Shown here piece after piece: positions 19,342 to 30,012 of a stretch of 64,000 nt of DNA. How positions within the stretch are numbered: position 1 is the stretch's first letter; each line of letters begins with the position of its first letter. This DNA is from an uncultured delta proteobacterium (GTDB lineage: Bacteria > Desulfobacterota > Binatia > Binatales > Binataceae), in contig CAWCDG010000007.1 in assembly GCA_963794325.1 (NCBI GenBank), forward strand, positions 192,001-256,000, written 5' to 3'. Below the pieces are notes generated by a model, which saw only the letters and a list, made by a program, of their open reading frames with translations, did not search any database and was not told where the DNA came from. Position numbers and translations under genes: made by a program.

Positions 19342-20509
19342 ATGGACGCTCACGCCGAGATAGCCCGCGCGATCGATAACTACCGCGACAAGGTCGTCGC
19401 GCTCAGCCATCAGATACACGAGCATCCCGAGCTCAAGTTCGAGGAGCATTTTGCCTCCGACCTGTTGAGCAAGGCCGCCACCGAACTGGGTCTTGAGGTT
19501 GAGCGTAAAGTCGCCGGATTGAAGACCGCGTTTCGTGCCGAGTTCGGCGGCAAGGGGCCCGCGGTTGCGATTCTTGCCGAATACGATGCGCTACCCAATG
19601 GGCATTCGTGCGGGCATAACCTGATTGCCGGCGCTGCGCTCAGCGCGGTCGCGGGTTTGAAGAGCATCGCGAGCCATCTGCCGGGTCGCGTCATTTTTCT
19701 CGGGACACCGGCCGAAGAGGGCGGGGGCGGCAAGATAATCCTGATCGACAACGGTGCGCTGCGCGGCGTCGATGCGGCCATGATGGCGCATCCGACCGAC
19801 GCGGAATTCTGCACGATGCCGGCGCTCGCCACGCAGCATCTCAAGCTGACGTTTCATGGGCACGGCGCGCACGCGGCGCTGGCGCCGTGGGACGGTTCTA
19901 GTGCGCTGGCCGCGGTGATTCAGACATTTCAGAGCGTCGATGCGATGCGGCTGCATCTGCGCGACGGCTCGCGCATCCACGGCATTATCACCGACGGCGG
20001 GCAGGCGGTGAATATCATTCCCGAGCGCACTGAGTGCCTGTTCCTGGCGCGCGCGAAGACCAGCCGCTACGCCAGGGAGATTGGCGCGCGAGTGATCCGA
20101 TGCGCCGAGGCGGCCGCGATGGCGACTGGGACGCGCGTTGAACACGAGGTCGAGGGCGGCTACAAGAACCTGATCAACAATCTCAGCATGGCGCATCGTT
20201 ACGCGGCGCATAGCGAGGCGCTCGGGACGGTATCCCGCGAGGCGCCGGAGAATACGCCGACCGGCAGCACCGACATGGGCGACGTCAGTCACGTGATGCC
20301 CGCGATACATCCGTCGTTCGCGATCTCGCAAGCGCGGCGAGGGCAACTGCCACGAAGATGCGTTCGTCGCGCACGCCGACTCGCAACGCGGCTACGACGC
20401 TATGATTCGAGTGGCGAAAGCAATGGCGATGACGGCGTACGATCTGCTCGCGGAGCCGGAGCTGCTCGCGTCGGCAAGAAAGGAGTTCGAAGCCCGCAAG
20501 GAAAGCTGA
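19342..20509 (+). CDS. M20 (ACY1L2/AbgB-like) amidohydrolase (frameshift near 20328)
   Basis: IHEHPELKFEE, AEYDAL, HSCGHN, GTPAEEGGGGK, GSTDMGDVS; C-terminal CHEDAF...AKAMAMT is in the shifted frame. Confidence 0.88.
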
Positions 20510-20559
20510 ATTGAGGTCTGTCTAGCCTCATCTCTGAACTCGGTCGTCGGCGTGCTTTT

Positions 20560-20628
20560 CCTAACCTCCCCTTGTCCGAGGGGAGGTCGGCGTAAGCCGC
20601 GCGCAGCGCGGTGTCGACGGGAGAGGTA
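20560..20628. repeat. Half copy of the family C/A-related palindromic element
   Basis: CCTAACCTCCCCTTGTCCGAGGGGAGGTCGGCG...GGGAGAGG resembles the left end of family C. Confidence 0.55.
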
Positions 20629-20687
20629 CAACGCAAGGTGTCGCAACACATGGGTTGTGCAATAGTTGTTGCTACTGACGCTGCGTT

Positions 20688-22562
20688 TCACCGCTTCGTG
20701 AAACCGTCTGCGCTCCAATCGTCCGAGCCGATGCCGTTGTGCACGATGAACAACCCGTCGGGATCGTACTTTTTTTTAATTTCGGCGAGCCGCGGGTAGT
20801 TGCTACCCCAGTACGCTTGCTGCCATCCGCTCTCGAAATAATTGCTCTCACTCACGTATGCGCCGCCGTTCGGCACGATCGCCCGAAGCTGATCCATGCA
20901 TTGATGAATGCGGTCTGCGGCTTTGCGGCCGTCGCCGACCGAGGGCTCATGCCCGGGAATCCCCGGATATGCGGGTCCCTGGCCGTTGGCCGAGATGACC
21001 AAGGCGAAAGCGGTCAGTACCGCAGGATTCGTCGATGTATCCTTTGATGCGGCGATTGCTTCGGGCGGGCCTCCGGCAAGTCCCTTGTTGAAGTGAAAGG
21101 AAAGGCCTGAATGCCGCGAGGCTGCGAAAATAGCATCGCTGAGACGTTGCTGCCCGTCCTTGGCAAGCAATGACTCGGGCATCCATAGCGACTCGTACGC
21201 CCAGATGAACCAGTCAACTTCTCCCGTGTTCCCCTCCCACCATGCCTGATTCGGTCCCACGCCGGGCCGGGGATCGGCGACAACGACAGGGTTGGGGATC
21301 AAACGGACGAGCACATCGTCAAGCATCGCATGCAGGAGACTTCCGTTTCGTGGAAGCAGGACTTCCGGCCAATGCTCCTTCCACCACTGCATGTCCCAAA
21401 AGTGCCGCGCCGGTACGCTTCCGATTACTACTCTTCCATCGATCGAGCATCCGTTGGAGGAATCCGCGACCCAATCCAGAAACGGCTGCCAGACCTTTTT
21501 CAGTTGCTCGCCGTCGAGTCCCTGCGAGATCATTTTGATCTCGAGAATGTTGTCGGGCCTGAACTCGGCCTGCTCCCCCCAATGTTGGTTGAAGAGATGC
21601 TGCTGGTAGAAGCTCACGAACTCGCTGATCAGACGTCGATACGCATCGTCGGACGCCGCCTTCACTTTGAAGTTGGCACTCCCGAAGAACTCGGGAAGAT
21701 CGTGAAGCCGCACCGTCAGCTTGCTGACCACGCCGAAGGTGCCGCCTCCGCCGCCCTTGAGGGCCCAGAACAGATCGGGGTTGTTGCAGGCATTGGCGAT
21801 TCGTATCTGCCCGTCTGCGGTGACTACTTCGGCCTCGAGCAGGCTGGCCGCGGCAGAGCCGAAGCCCTTTGAAAGACTGCCAAAGCCGCCGCCCTGAATC
21901 AGACCAGCCAGTCCTACGGTAAGGCATCCTCCACCCTGAATATATTTGCCGCCCTTGGTGGTGACCGCGTCGTAGGCCTGGATATCGATGGTTCCTGCGC
22001 CGAGCGTCGCCGCGGGTTGCGGCTGCAGAGTATGCTCGCACCCATTCGGAACGAACGCGTCATGCATCGTGATCTCGTTCATGTGCCGGGTCCAGATGAG
22101 AAGGGAATCAGGCGCGTTGGACGTTCCCTGATAGCTGTGGCCGCCGCCCTTGACCACCAGGCGCAAGTTGTTCTCGCGGGCAAAGTTCACGGCCGCGGCG
22201 ATGTCGTGGGCATTTTTCGCGACGACGGCGTAGGCGCTGGGCTTAGTCGCCCACGCATCGACCCATCCTAATGTTTCGGTGAGTCCCGGCTGCTCGCCGA
22301 CATAGTACGGATTCTTCAGATTCTTCAGCAGGGTCTTGGCGGCGTCGCTGTCGGGATTGGTTTTGAGTATCGACAGCGGAAACTCTACCGGAATCAGGTT
22401 TCCGCCAACCGTTTCGTTGAGTTGCTTCCATGCGGTCTTCGACGGCCATGCGGCATCGGAGGGCCGCACGCGACTGAAATTTGTACTCGCGAAGAGTCGG
22501 CGCGGCAAAATAGGAATGAGCGCCGCCGATCCGATCGCTTTCAAGAATGATCTTCTGTTCAT
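20688..22562 (-). CDS. Tat-exported FAD-linked oxidase (berberine bridge enzyme-like)
   Basis: MNRRSFLK Tat signal; KGGGHSY (His-FAD), GGCLTVG (Cys-FAD), DLFWALKGGG, YWGSNYPRL..IKKKYDP BBE domain. Confidence 0.9.
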   Translation of the reverse strand: MNRRSFLKAIGSAALIPILPRRLFASTNFSRVRPSDAAWPSKTAWKQLNETVGGNLIPVEFPLSILKTNPDSDAAKTLLKNLKNPYYVGEQPGLTETLGWVDAWATKPSAYAVVAKNAHDIAAAVNFARENNLRLVVKGGGHSYQGTSNAPDSLLIWTRHMNEITMHDAFVPNGCEHTLQPQPAATLGAGTIDIQAYDAVTTKGGKYIQGGGCLTVGLAGLIQGGGFGSLSKGFGSAAASLLEAEVVTADGQIRIANACNNPDLFWALKGGGGGTFGVVSKLTVRLHDLPEFFGSANFKVKAASDDAYRRLISEFVSFYQQHLFNQHWGEQAEFRPDNILEIKMISQGLDGEQLKKVWQPFLDWVADSSNGCSIDGRVVIGSVPARHFWDMQWWKEHWPEVLLPRNGSLLHAMLDDVLVRLIPNPVVVADPRPGVGPNQAWWEGNTGEVDWFIWAYESLWMPESLLAKDGQQRLSDAIFAASRHSGLSFHFNKGLAGGPPEAIAASKDTSTNPAVLTAFALVISANGQGPAYPGIPGHEPSVGDGRKAADRIHQCMDQLRAIVPNGGAYVSESNYFESGWQQAYWGSNYPRLAEIKKKYDPDGLFIVHNGIGSDDWSADGFTKR

Positions 22563-22581
22563 CGAACCCTTTTGTGGCGTA

Positions 22582-24087
22582 TCATGAGATCCTTGCGGAT
22601 GCCCGGATGCTCTCACCATCGAGCACGTTCACCTTTGCGCCGGCCTCTGATTCGGGCTTATCCGCGTTTTCCAGCTGCTCGAGATTTCTTTGATGCGTCG
22701 AGCGGTCGATGTCATAAAAAAGCAGGACCGCAATCGCGATCGCGCTGAAGGTCGCGACTATCGGAACGAAAACCATGCCCAGGTGATGCAAGGTCGCCGG
22801 CGCCACCTGGCCCGGTGTCGCATGCTGCGGAAAGCTGACCCACGCAAGGAGCAGGCCTGCCAGGAAGGTGCCGACTCCGGTGACGCATTTCGATATGAGG
22901 CCGTTGGCGGCGAACAGCAGCCCTTCCGAACGTTGTCCCGTCGTGACTGCCGCATCTTCGACTACGTCCGCCATCATCGAGGTCACAATAATGAATCCGG
23001 TAAGCCCTAGGGTCGCGGCGAAGAAATTGAAGACGAACACGATCGCGAATAATGCGCCGGTGCCGTTGGGCGGCAGCAGTCCCATCAGGCGCATCGCGAT
23101 CGGCGCGACCGATGCGAACAGCGAGACAAAGAAGACACCGATCATCGCCTGCTTCTTTCCGAACGGCCTCGAGATTGCCGGCGCCAGCCCAACCCCGGCA
23201 AAGGCGGCGAACAGCACGGCGGCGGCAAGATACGACATTTGGGCCGGCGTCAGTTCAAAGAAATATGCCGAGATGTAGAAGTCGAGTCCCTGCCTCAGGC
23301 CCGTTGAAACAGCGCCCACTATTCCCGAAATCGTCAACGCGAGAAACGATCGATTGGTCAGCGTGCCGCTTACCTCTTCGAACTTCTCGCGCCATGTGCC
23401 CCGTACTCGCGGCTCATGGACCAGGGCCGCAATAAAGCGATGAGTGCCAATGCACGAAATCATGATCGATAGGAAAATCACGATGGCCGCGGCAAATCCC
23501 GTTTCGCGGTATCCCGCCCGGGACAACAGGCCCAGCGGATGAGTCGCGTCTTTGCGCAGGAAGACCTGCAACGCAAGCACTGATATCCCTGCTCCGCCCA
23601 AGGTTCCGAAAAAGAAGCGCGAACCCATCAGGGTGGTCCGCTGGTCGTAGTCCAGCGTGAGCTCCGGTCCCAGCGCCGAGCTGGGAATTTCATAAAGACT
23701 CAGCAGCACCCGCACCGCCATCAGCATCACCGCCATGTAAATGAGCAGATGGACCTGGGACCATCCGAGCGGCGGATCGAACAGGTAATAGAAAGCGACC
23801 GCGGTGGGAAGGGCGGAGGCGTACATGAACGGATGGCGCCGGCCCCATCGCGATCGCGTGTGATCCGACCATTCCCCGATCAGCGGATCGCAGATCGCAT
23901 CGAAGATCAGCGTCAATGCCATCGCGCCGCCGACCCACGCCGCGGGCAGCCCCACCACCTGGTTGTAGAAAAGCAGCAGGGCGGACGTGAGGACCGTCAG
24001 ATGCACTCCAAAGGCGATCGATCCGATGCCGTACAGGATATTGTTCCACAGGGTGAGCGGCGGGCGGCCTGACGTTGAATCGCTCAT
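22582..24087 (-). CDS. GPH/MelB-like MFS transporter
   Basis: DAICDPLIG.WSD.TRSRWGRRHPF, ELTLDYDQRT, SMMADV, GQRSEG. Confidence 0.9.
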   Translation of the reverse strand: MSDSTSGRPPLTLWNNILYGIGSIAFGVHLTVLTSALLLFYNQVVGLPAAWVGGAMALTLIFDAICDPLIGEWSDHTRSRWGRRHPFMYASALPTAVAFYYLFDPPLGWSQVHLLIYMAVMLMAVRVLLSLYEIPSSALGPELTLDYDQRTTLMGSRFFFGTLGGAGISVLALQVFLRKDATHPLGLLSRAGYRETGFAAAIVIFLSIMISCIGTHRFIAALVHEPRVRGTWREKFEEVSGTLTNRSFLALTISGIVGAVSTGLRQGLDFYISAYFFELTPAQMSYLAAAVLFAAFAGVGLAPAISRPFGKKQAMIGVFFVSLFASVAPIAMRLMGLLPPNGTGALFAIVFVFNFFAATLGLTGFIIVTSMMADVVEDAAVTTGQRSEGLLFAANGLISKCVTGVGTFLAGLLLAWVSFPQHATPGQVAPATLHHLGMVFVPIVATFSAIAIAVLLFYDIDRSTHQRNLEQLENADKPESEAGAKVNVLDGESIRASARIS

Positions 24088-24860
24088 AGCGAGCGCTCCC
24101 CGCGGATCAAACACTCGGCGCCACCATCTACAAAGAGGACTTGTCCAGTCATCAGCGAATTCTCCGCGCTCGCGCACCAGGCCAGAATTGCGGCCATCTG
24201 CTCAGGACGACCGGGATATGCGCCGCGCAACGGCACCATCCGTCCTGCCTGCCCGCTCCTTTCAGGATCTGAGAGAATGTACGCCGCGGCGGGCGTGTCA
24301 ATAAAGCCTGGCGCGATCGCATTCAGCGGGATTCCCGCGCCGGCCCAATCCGGTTTGCTCGCAACTCTTCGGCACCAACAGTTCAACGCATACTTGGCAT
24401 TGCCGTAGAGATCCAAAGGACCTTTTCCCGCCGCGATCGCGTCCCGCCCGGCAACAATTGCTGCGGGTTCGTCCATCTTCAGACAAGCTTCGACGATTCG
24501 TGGATCGGCCGGGCTCATCGACGCTATCGACGATACCATCACGGCCCGAGGTGCGGGACTGGCCTTGAGCAGGGGACGCAATCCTTCAAGCGTCGCCACT
24601 GCGCCGAAGAAGTTCAACGAGAGCATCGTCTCCGGCGGACCGCCGCCCGCATTTGCAACAATCGCGTCGATCCGGCTGTCGGACAAGCGCGTCACACCGG
24701 CGACCAACTCAGCACGGCCTCCGATTGTCGTCAGGTCCGCGATCACATCCGCATTGTGGAGATCGCAAGTAATCACGCGGCCTCCTCGTTCCCGAAGGTA
24801 GCGCGCGGTCGCTGCTCCAATTCCGGACGCGGCGCCTGTGACGACATAGGTTCGATCCAC
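24084..24860 (-). CDS. SDR oxidoreductase (3-alpha-hydroxysteroid dehydrogenase-like)
   Basis: TGAASGIG, NFFG, YGNAK, NAIAPG, TGQVLFVDGG. Confidence 0.88.
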   Translation of the reverse strand: MDRTYVVTGAASGIGAATARYLRERGGRVITCDLHNADVIADLTTIGGRAELVAGVTRLSDSRIDAIVANAGGGPPETMLSLNFFGAVATLEGLRPLLKASPAPRAVMVSSIASMSPADPRIVEACLKMDEPAAIVAGRDAIAAGKGPLDLYGNAKYALNCWCRRVASKPDWAGAGIPLNAIAPGFIDTPAAAYILSDPERSGQAGRMVPLRGAYPGRPEQMAAILAWCASAENSLMTGQVLFVDGGAECLIRGERSL

Positions 24861-24906
24861 CGATAATACTCCGATGCCTTTGGTCTCCAGTCTTGCGGCT
24901 CGACTC

Positions 24907-24924
24907 TTAGAACGGATATTCTAA
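24907..24924. promoter_or_regulatory. Candidate TetR operator
   Basis: Perfect inverted repeat TTAGAA-N6-TTCTAA in the 94-bp gap between divergent SDR and tetR genes. Confidence 0.55.
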
Positions 24925-24954
24925 AACAAGCAGTCTAGTCAAGAGAAGAAAGAA

Positions 24955-25626
24955 ATGGCGTCGGAACAATCCAAACGCGAAACAGTCAAGACTCCGGCGG
25001 TTGGCGTCCGCGGGTACAGAATACGCGATATCGCCAAAGCCAGGGAGCGCCGTCGCGAAATCCTGATGGGCGCGGGACGCGCGTTCGCGCACGGCGGTTA
25101 CGATGCAACCAACATGGACCAGATAGCCCGCGAATGCGGACTGGCCAAAGGGCACATCTATCACTACTTCCGCAGCAAAGAGGAAATCTTCACGGAAATC
25201 CGAACCGACGCGGTGAGCCGGCTGCTTGAAAGACTGACGGCGATCGTGGACGCGGCGCCCGACGATCCGGAACTGGCCCTGCGCAATGCGATCTCAGCCG
25301 TGATCGCCCGAATTTTCGACGAGGAAGAGCGTCACGAGCTGGGACTGCCCGAACCCGTCTCGCTCAGCGCGGAGAATCGAAAGCGCATTCGAATGTTGGG
25401 CAGGCGTTACGAGCGGATGTTCGCAAATATCGTGCGTCGCGGAATCGACAAGCGGATTTTCGTCCCGGGCGATCCGAAGCTGATGACATTCGTGATCTTG
25501 CGCGCTGCCTTTACCGTCGCCAACTGGTATCGCGAGGGCGGCAAGTGGAAGCCGAAATGGATTATCGATCAGGTTACGGAGCAGTTGGTTAGAAGTGTGC
25601 GGCGGACTGGTGTGCGCACACGTTGA
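24955..25626 (+). CDS. TetR family transcriptional regulator
   Basis: HTH GYDATNMDQIARECGLAKGHIYHYFRSKEEI; KstR2-like C-terminus (NWYR..G). Confidence 0.92.
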   Translation: MASEQSKRETVKTPAVGVRGYRIRDIAKARERRREILMGAGRAFAHGGYDATNMDQIARECGLAKGHIYHYFRSKEEIFTEIRTDAVSRLLERLTAIVDAAPDDPELALRNAISAVIARIFDEEERHELGLPEPVSLSAENRKRIRMLGRRYERMFANIVRRGIDKRIFVPGDPKLMTFVILRAAFTVANWYREGGKWKPKWIIDQVTEQLVRSVRRTGVRTR

Positions 25627-25634
25627 GTATCGAG

Positions 25635-25709
25635 AACCTAACCCCTAACCCCTTCCCGAGCGGGAAGGGGAACCGGATGAGAGACCCATCCCGAGCGGAA
25701 AGGGGAACC
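25635..25709 (+). repeat. Repeat family A plus a degenerate second hairpin
   Basis: AACCTAACCCCTAACCCCTTCCCGAGCGGGAAGGGGAACCGG, then CCCATCCCGAGCGGAAAGGGGAACC. Confidence 0.9.
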
Positions 25710-25726
25710 AAAATACAAAGAAGAGT

Positions 25727-25981
25727 TTAGTGGCAGCCGCAGCCGCCGCCGCAACATCCGCCGCCCGTGAAGCCGTCGCCGTTCGATGTGCCGGAGTTGG
25801 CCATCGCTGACGCGACCGCCGATGCGCCGTCGCCGTTGCTGGCGCGGGCCGCGAACGTCGACATTTCGCGCGTCAGCCTGGAGCCATTGCAATGCGGGCA
25901 TTGTGCGCCGTCATCGCCGGGCCTGACGAATGCCTCGAAGGAGCGGTCGCAGTTGACGCATCGGTATTCGTAGATCGGCAT
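25727..25981 (-). CDS. FmdB-family zinc ribbon protein
   Basis: MPIYEYRCxxC...CPHC and Cys-rich tail GGCCGGGCGCH. Confidence 0.9.
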   Translation of the reverse strand: MPIYEYRCVNCDRSFEAFVRPGDDGAQCPHCNGSRLTREMSTFAARASNGDGASAVASAMANSGTSNGDGFTGGGCCGGGCGCH

Positions 25982-25990
25982 GCTTTCCTT

Positions 25991-26395
25991 CTACTCGGCG
26001 ATCGGCTGGGCGTATTCCACGAGCACGCCGCGGGTGGCTTTGGGATGCAGGAAGCAGATCATGCCCGCCAGGCCGTGGCGCGGTTTCTGATCGATCAACT
26101 GGATATTCTTACTACGCGCGGCGGCGAGTTCGCGCTCGACGTCGTCAGTCTCGAAGCATACGTGATGCAGGCCGCCGCCGCGCCGTGCGAGGAATTTGCC
26201 GACCGCATTGTTGAGGTCGAGCGGTTCGAGCAGTTCGATCTCGCTCTCGCCAGCCTTGAGCAAGGCGGCGCGGACGCCCTGATCTTCAATCGTCGCGCTC
26301 TTCGTGAAATGCAGGCCGAGCGTGTCGCGCCAGAACTTCAATCCCGCGTCGAGATTCGGCACGACCACGCCGACGTGATGAATTTTTCTCAGCAT
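25991..26395 (-). CDS. mce: Methylmalonyl-CoA epimerase (VOC family)
   Basis: IHHVGV, QGV, IELLEP, GGLHHVC, FLHPK..GVLVE. Confidence 0.85.
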   Translation of the reverse strand: MLRKIHHVGVVVPNLDAGLKFWRDTLGLHFTKSATIEDQGVRAALLKAGESEIELLEPLDLNNAVGKFLARRGGGLHHVCFETDDVERELAAARSKNIQLIDQKPRHGLAGMICFLHPKATRGVLVEYAQPIAE

Positions 26396-26402
26396 CAGTC
26401 TG

Positions 26403-28805
26403 CTAAGCGTGGTGATCGAGGCACAGCGAGCGCTGCAGCTTGTCCCACCGGACCTTCATCTCGTCCGAGCCCAAAGTAGGATGCTCGGCGCGCGTCTGCG
26501 CCAGCTTGCTGCATGCGCCCTGTACGTTACCCTGTTTCTCGTAAATCACGGCAAGTTGATACTTCGCCTCGTACCAAAGAGGATCGGACTCGGCGGCGGT
26601 GTTCTCGACCGCAGTCCATCGCTCGTTTGCGTCCTTCCAGTCATTCTTGGCCTGCGCCTGACGCGCAAGACCTGCGTTCGCATCGGGCGACGCCGGATCG
26701 GCTTTCACGACCTCTTCGAAGACCTTGTTCGCTTCGTCTTCGTTGCCTATCGCGTGGAGGGCCTGGGCGTAGATCGACAACGTACCAGTCAGGTTCTTGA
26801 CCGGGATCTTGCCTGACGCGGCCATCTCGGCGAAGCCCTTGTAGGACGTCACGGTCAACTTCGCGTTGGCGACATACTTCTTCTGATCGTTGTTATCCTT
26901 GGCCGCTGTTGCGCTCTTCCAGAACTCGATTCCAAGTCCCTTGACGAAATCCTGCTTGGCGGTGTCGCTCTTGCTGCGCTCGACCAGGGCGGCAACGTCG
27001 GTATTAACTTCGTCATACCGGCCGAGATGATCGAGCGCCGTGATGCGCCAATCGACCACGTCCTGGAACTTCGCGCTCATCATCGGGTAGTTCGATTCGT
27101 AGCCGACCAGCAGCGGTGCAACCTGCGCGTAATCGACATGGTCCTGATCTTCTTCGAGGATCGAAGCGAGCATGTAGGTCGCTTCGCCGCGAATTTCGCG
27201 AATGTCTTTCTTGGCAGCGGCGGTGTTGGCGGTGCGCTCCGCCTCGGGACCCATCTTGATCGATTCGTTCAGGTCGGCAAGCGCCAGCTTTCTGAGTTGT
27301 TCGGTATCGACCGCCGGAGCCTTTTTGTCCTTGGATGTCGATTGGGCACCCAGCAGCTGCTTGTAGTAGCTCTCGGCGGCTTTGAACTTTGCGGTGAAGG
27401 TGAATTCGGGGTCGCCCTTGACCTTGGAGTACATCTCACCGGCGCCGACGAGATCGCCCTGCCGCTCCAGACGATCGGCGAGCGCCACTTGCAGCTCGGC
27501 GGCATGGTCACCATTAGGACTCTTCTGCAGATAGTCGTTGGCGTCTTTCACCCACTGACTTTCGAGCGCGGCATCCTTCCCGCCGCTCTTCTGCCATCGG
27601 TCATGATTGAGGCTGTATTTCAAAAACTCGGCCTGTGCCGCGTCGCCGCCGCCACTGGCTGCGATCTTGGTTAGCATCGCCTCGACCAGGTCATAGCGCT
27701 TCTCGCGCTGATAGATCTCGGCAGCGAACCGGCATGCTTTGGGATATTTTCCGGTGTCGCACGCCTCTGAGTAATACTTGGCCGCGCCGGGTTCATCCTT
27801 GCGCGAGAGCAGCACGGCCGCGAGCAGCCATTTTTCGAACGGGTCGCTCGAGCCGCCGAATTCCTCGACGGCGTTGTTCGGGAAATGGGACGCCGCCGAG
27901 ACATCGAGCGCCCAACCTTCCTTGTCGTTCTCCTTGGTCTTCATCGCGTCGATGATCTGCTTGTGATACTGGGCTTTTTTAGTGGGATCGCTGGTCGCTT
28001 TTTCGGCCTGGAACAGCGCCTGTAGCTGAAGCATGAAGTTGCCGCCCGGTTTGCCCCCGCCTACTGGGCCACTACAATACTTGGTCGCTTCTTCAGCTTT
28101 GCCCATCTTTCCCAGTGTTGTGCAGAGGCCCTGCTGAGCGGCCGCATACTGCGACGTGCCGGTGCCGTCTTCCTGGATTTTCTTGAAGTCGGCGATCGCG
28201 TGGTCGTATTCAGCGTGATCGAATTTGCCCAGCTCGCGTTCGCAGTAGGCGCGGCCCAGCGTGTTTTCCCGGATCAGGTTTGGATCGGGCATCGCCAGCA
28301 TGCTGGCGGTGAAACCGTCGATCGATTGATTCAACAGCTTCTTCGACTGTTCGGCATTGTCGTCAAACAAAGTGGTCGCCGCGGTGAACCGCAGCCAGGC
28401 GAGCGGATACGCGGCGCGCAATGCCAACTGCTCGGGCTTGTCGTAGTCACACTGCCCGCCGTTGTCGATCTGCGCGATGCAATCGTCCTTCTTCTTGGAC
28501 CACGCCGTTTGCATCCGATCGAGCATCGATTCGAGCTGATGGTAGATCGGTATCAGCGAGCCCTTGTCCACTTTGCCGCTCGACGTGAGCTTGGCGAAGT
28601 CTCCCTCCGCACTGTCGAGGTGGCTGATCACCTGGTCAGCGCTTGATTCGCTGGACTCGGCCGAGGACATCTGGCCGGAGAGGCTTGATAGCTGACTCTC
28701 GAGTTGTCCAGCGCTCTGCGCGGAGGCGATTGCGGCGGTGAAGGTAAGCGCAAAGATTGCGGCTAGCATCACCGTCAGGCGATGCGAAAAAAGCGAAGGA
28801 TTCAT
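26403..28805 (-). CDS. Large secreted TPR-like alpha-solenoid protein
   Basis: Signal peptide ending ASA; helical repeats; WYEAKYQLA C-terminal repeat; paired cysteines. Confidence 0.75.
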   Translation of the reverse strand: MNPSLFSHRLTVMLAAIFALTFTAAIASAQSAGQLESQLSSLSGQMSSAESSESSADQVISHLDSAEGDFAKLTSSGKVDKGSLIPIYHQLESMLDRMQTAWSKKKDDCIAQIDNGGQCDYDKPEQLALRAAYPLAWLRFTAATTLFDDNAEQSKKLLNQSIDGFTASMLAMPDPNLIRENTLGRAYCERELGKFDHAEYDHAIADFKKIQEDGTGTSQYAAAQQGLCTTLGKMGKAEEATKYCSGPVGGGKPGGNFMLQLQALFQAEKATSDPTKKAQYHKQIIDAMKTKENDKEGWALDVSAASHFPNNAVEEFGGSSDPFEKWLLAAVLLSRKDEPGAAKYYSEACDTGKYPKACRFAAEIYQREKRYDLVEAMLTKIAASGGGDAAQAEFLKYSLNHDRWQKSGGKDAALESQWVKDANDYLQKSPNGDHAAELQVALADRLERQGDLVGAGEMYSKVKGDPEFTFTAKFKAAESYYKQLLGAQSTSKDKKAPAVDTEQLRKLALADLNESIKMGPEAERTANTAAAKKDIREIRGEATYMLASILEEDQDHVDYAQVAPLLVGYESNYPMMSAKFQDVVDWRITALDHLGRYDEVNTDVAALVERSKSDTAKQDFVKGLGIEFWKSATAAKDNNDQKKYVANAKLTVTSYKGFAEMAASGKIPVKNLTGTLSIYAQALHAIGNEDEANKVFEEVVKADPASPDANAGLARQAQAKNDWKDANERWTAVENTAAESDPLWYEAKYQLAVIYEKQGNVQGACSKLAQTRAEHPTLGSDEMKVRWDKLQRSLCLDHHA

Positions 28806-28887
28806 TTGTCTAGTCCCCAAATACTGTTCCCGGCAATTGTGGCCTTAGATAAGGATAACGCAGCGATAACGTCAAGCCAGTGAAAAG

Positions 28888-29604
28888 TCAAAATCCTTGT
28901 GCTACCTCAATGACGCTGGCAAGCGAGCAAATTCGAGCCGTGCGGCCCGCAACCGACAGCGCATCCTGCGGGCTTTCGCGATCGATCAGCACCGCGCCCA
29001 TACCGAGCGCCGCGGCCGGTGCGAAGTCGAGATGTTCCGAGTCGCCGATATGCATCGTCTCATCGGCGGTCACGCCAGCTCGTGCGAGGGCCGCGTCATA
29101 CACCTCGCGCCGCGGCTTGGCGTATCCAGCCTCTGACGAAATTGTAATCGAATCGAAAAATCGGGTCAGGTCCAAGCCGTCGAGAATTCGATAGAGGCGA
29201 AAGTCGAAGTTAGAGATCACGCCTAGTTTGAGTCCACCATTTTTTAGACGTTGCAACACCGGCGCAGCTTCAAGATCGGCAATCCAATGGTCCGGATTGG
29301 CGAAGTAGCCGAAAAGAGCGTCGAAGTAGGCGTCAAAATTGCGGAGTTGGCCCAGCGGCGCAAAGGTCTCGCTGACCCGCTGCCGCCACCATTCACGCTC
29401 GAGGCGCCGAATCTCGTCGGGGCGCAGCCCAAGCCCGAAGGCAAGCCCGGGAGCCGCACCGAACGCGCGGCGAAAACTGGCCGCGACCGCGTCCTCGGGA
29501 GCGTCGAGGCCGAACTCCTGCGCGAGGCGGGCGTAAGTGCGTCCGATCGGCTCGCGGGGCTCGAACAGAGTGCCGGCAGCGTCGAAGAATGCGGCTTTGA
29601 TCAA
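28888..29604 (-). CDS. HAD-IA hydrolase (REG-2-like)
   Basis: FDAAGTL, ISNFD, KP, HIGDS..LD. Confidence 0.9.
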   Translation of the reverse strand: MIKAAFFDAAGTLFEPREPIGRTYARLAQEFGLDAPEDAVAASFRRAFGAAPGLAFGLGLRPDEIRRLEREWWRQRVSETFAPLGQLRNFDAYFDALFGYFANPDHWIADLEAAPVLQRLKNGGLKLGVISNFDFRLYRILDGLDLTRFFDSITISSEAGYAKPRREVYDAALARAGVTADETMHIGDSEHLDFAPAAALGMGAVLIDRESPQDALSVAGRTARICSLASVIEVAQGF

Positions 29605-29834
29605 GAAATGCGAACCGTCACGGAATTTCGCTTTTAGTGGGAATCGGCGCGGGCTCTTCGGCGGGAGGATCCCGGCGCGCCCACCAGAAGACGTCGCACA
29701 GCACGCCGCATGCCGGGATGTAGATTTTCGGCGGCTCCGCGTGAGTCGAAGGAGTCGAACAATCGGTTTTGTTGTCGGCCGGCATCGCGGAAAGATCGTA
29801 GCTCATACTGAGATAGCGGGGAACTTCATGAATT

Positions 29835-29993
29835 GCCTCGCCCCCTGTGGGGGAAGCCCCGCCGACGCTCGTCCTCGAGCGGCGGGTGAGGGACCAAATT
29901 TGCTCAGATTCCGGATGTGCGGCGCAACCAGACAATCGCGCCGCACAAATGTCCCTCACCCTAACCCTCTCCCCGCGTGGGGCGAGGGAACCA
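29835..29993 (+). repeat. Repeat family C (~160 bp composite element), copy 1
   Basis: GCCGACGCTCGTCC.CGAGCGGCGGGTG.GGGACC ... GCGCAAC.AGACAATCGCGC ... CCCTCACCCTAACCCTCTCCCC; inverted copies at ~33038 and ~33918. Confidence 0.85.
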
Positions 29994-30012
29994 GAAAGAG
30001 CGGCGTGGTAAA

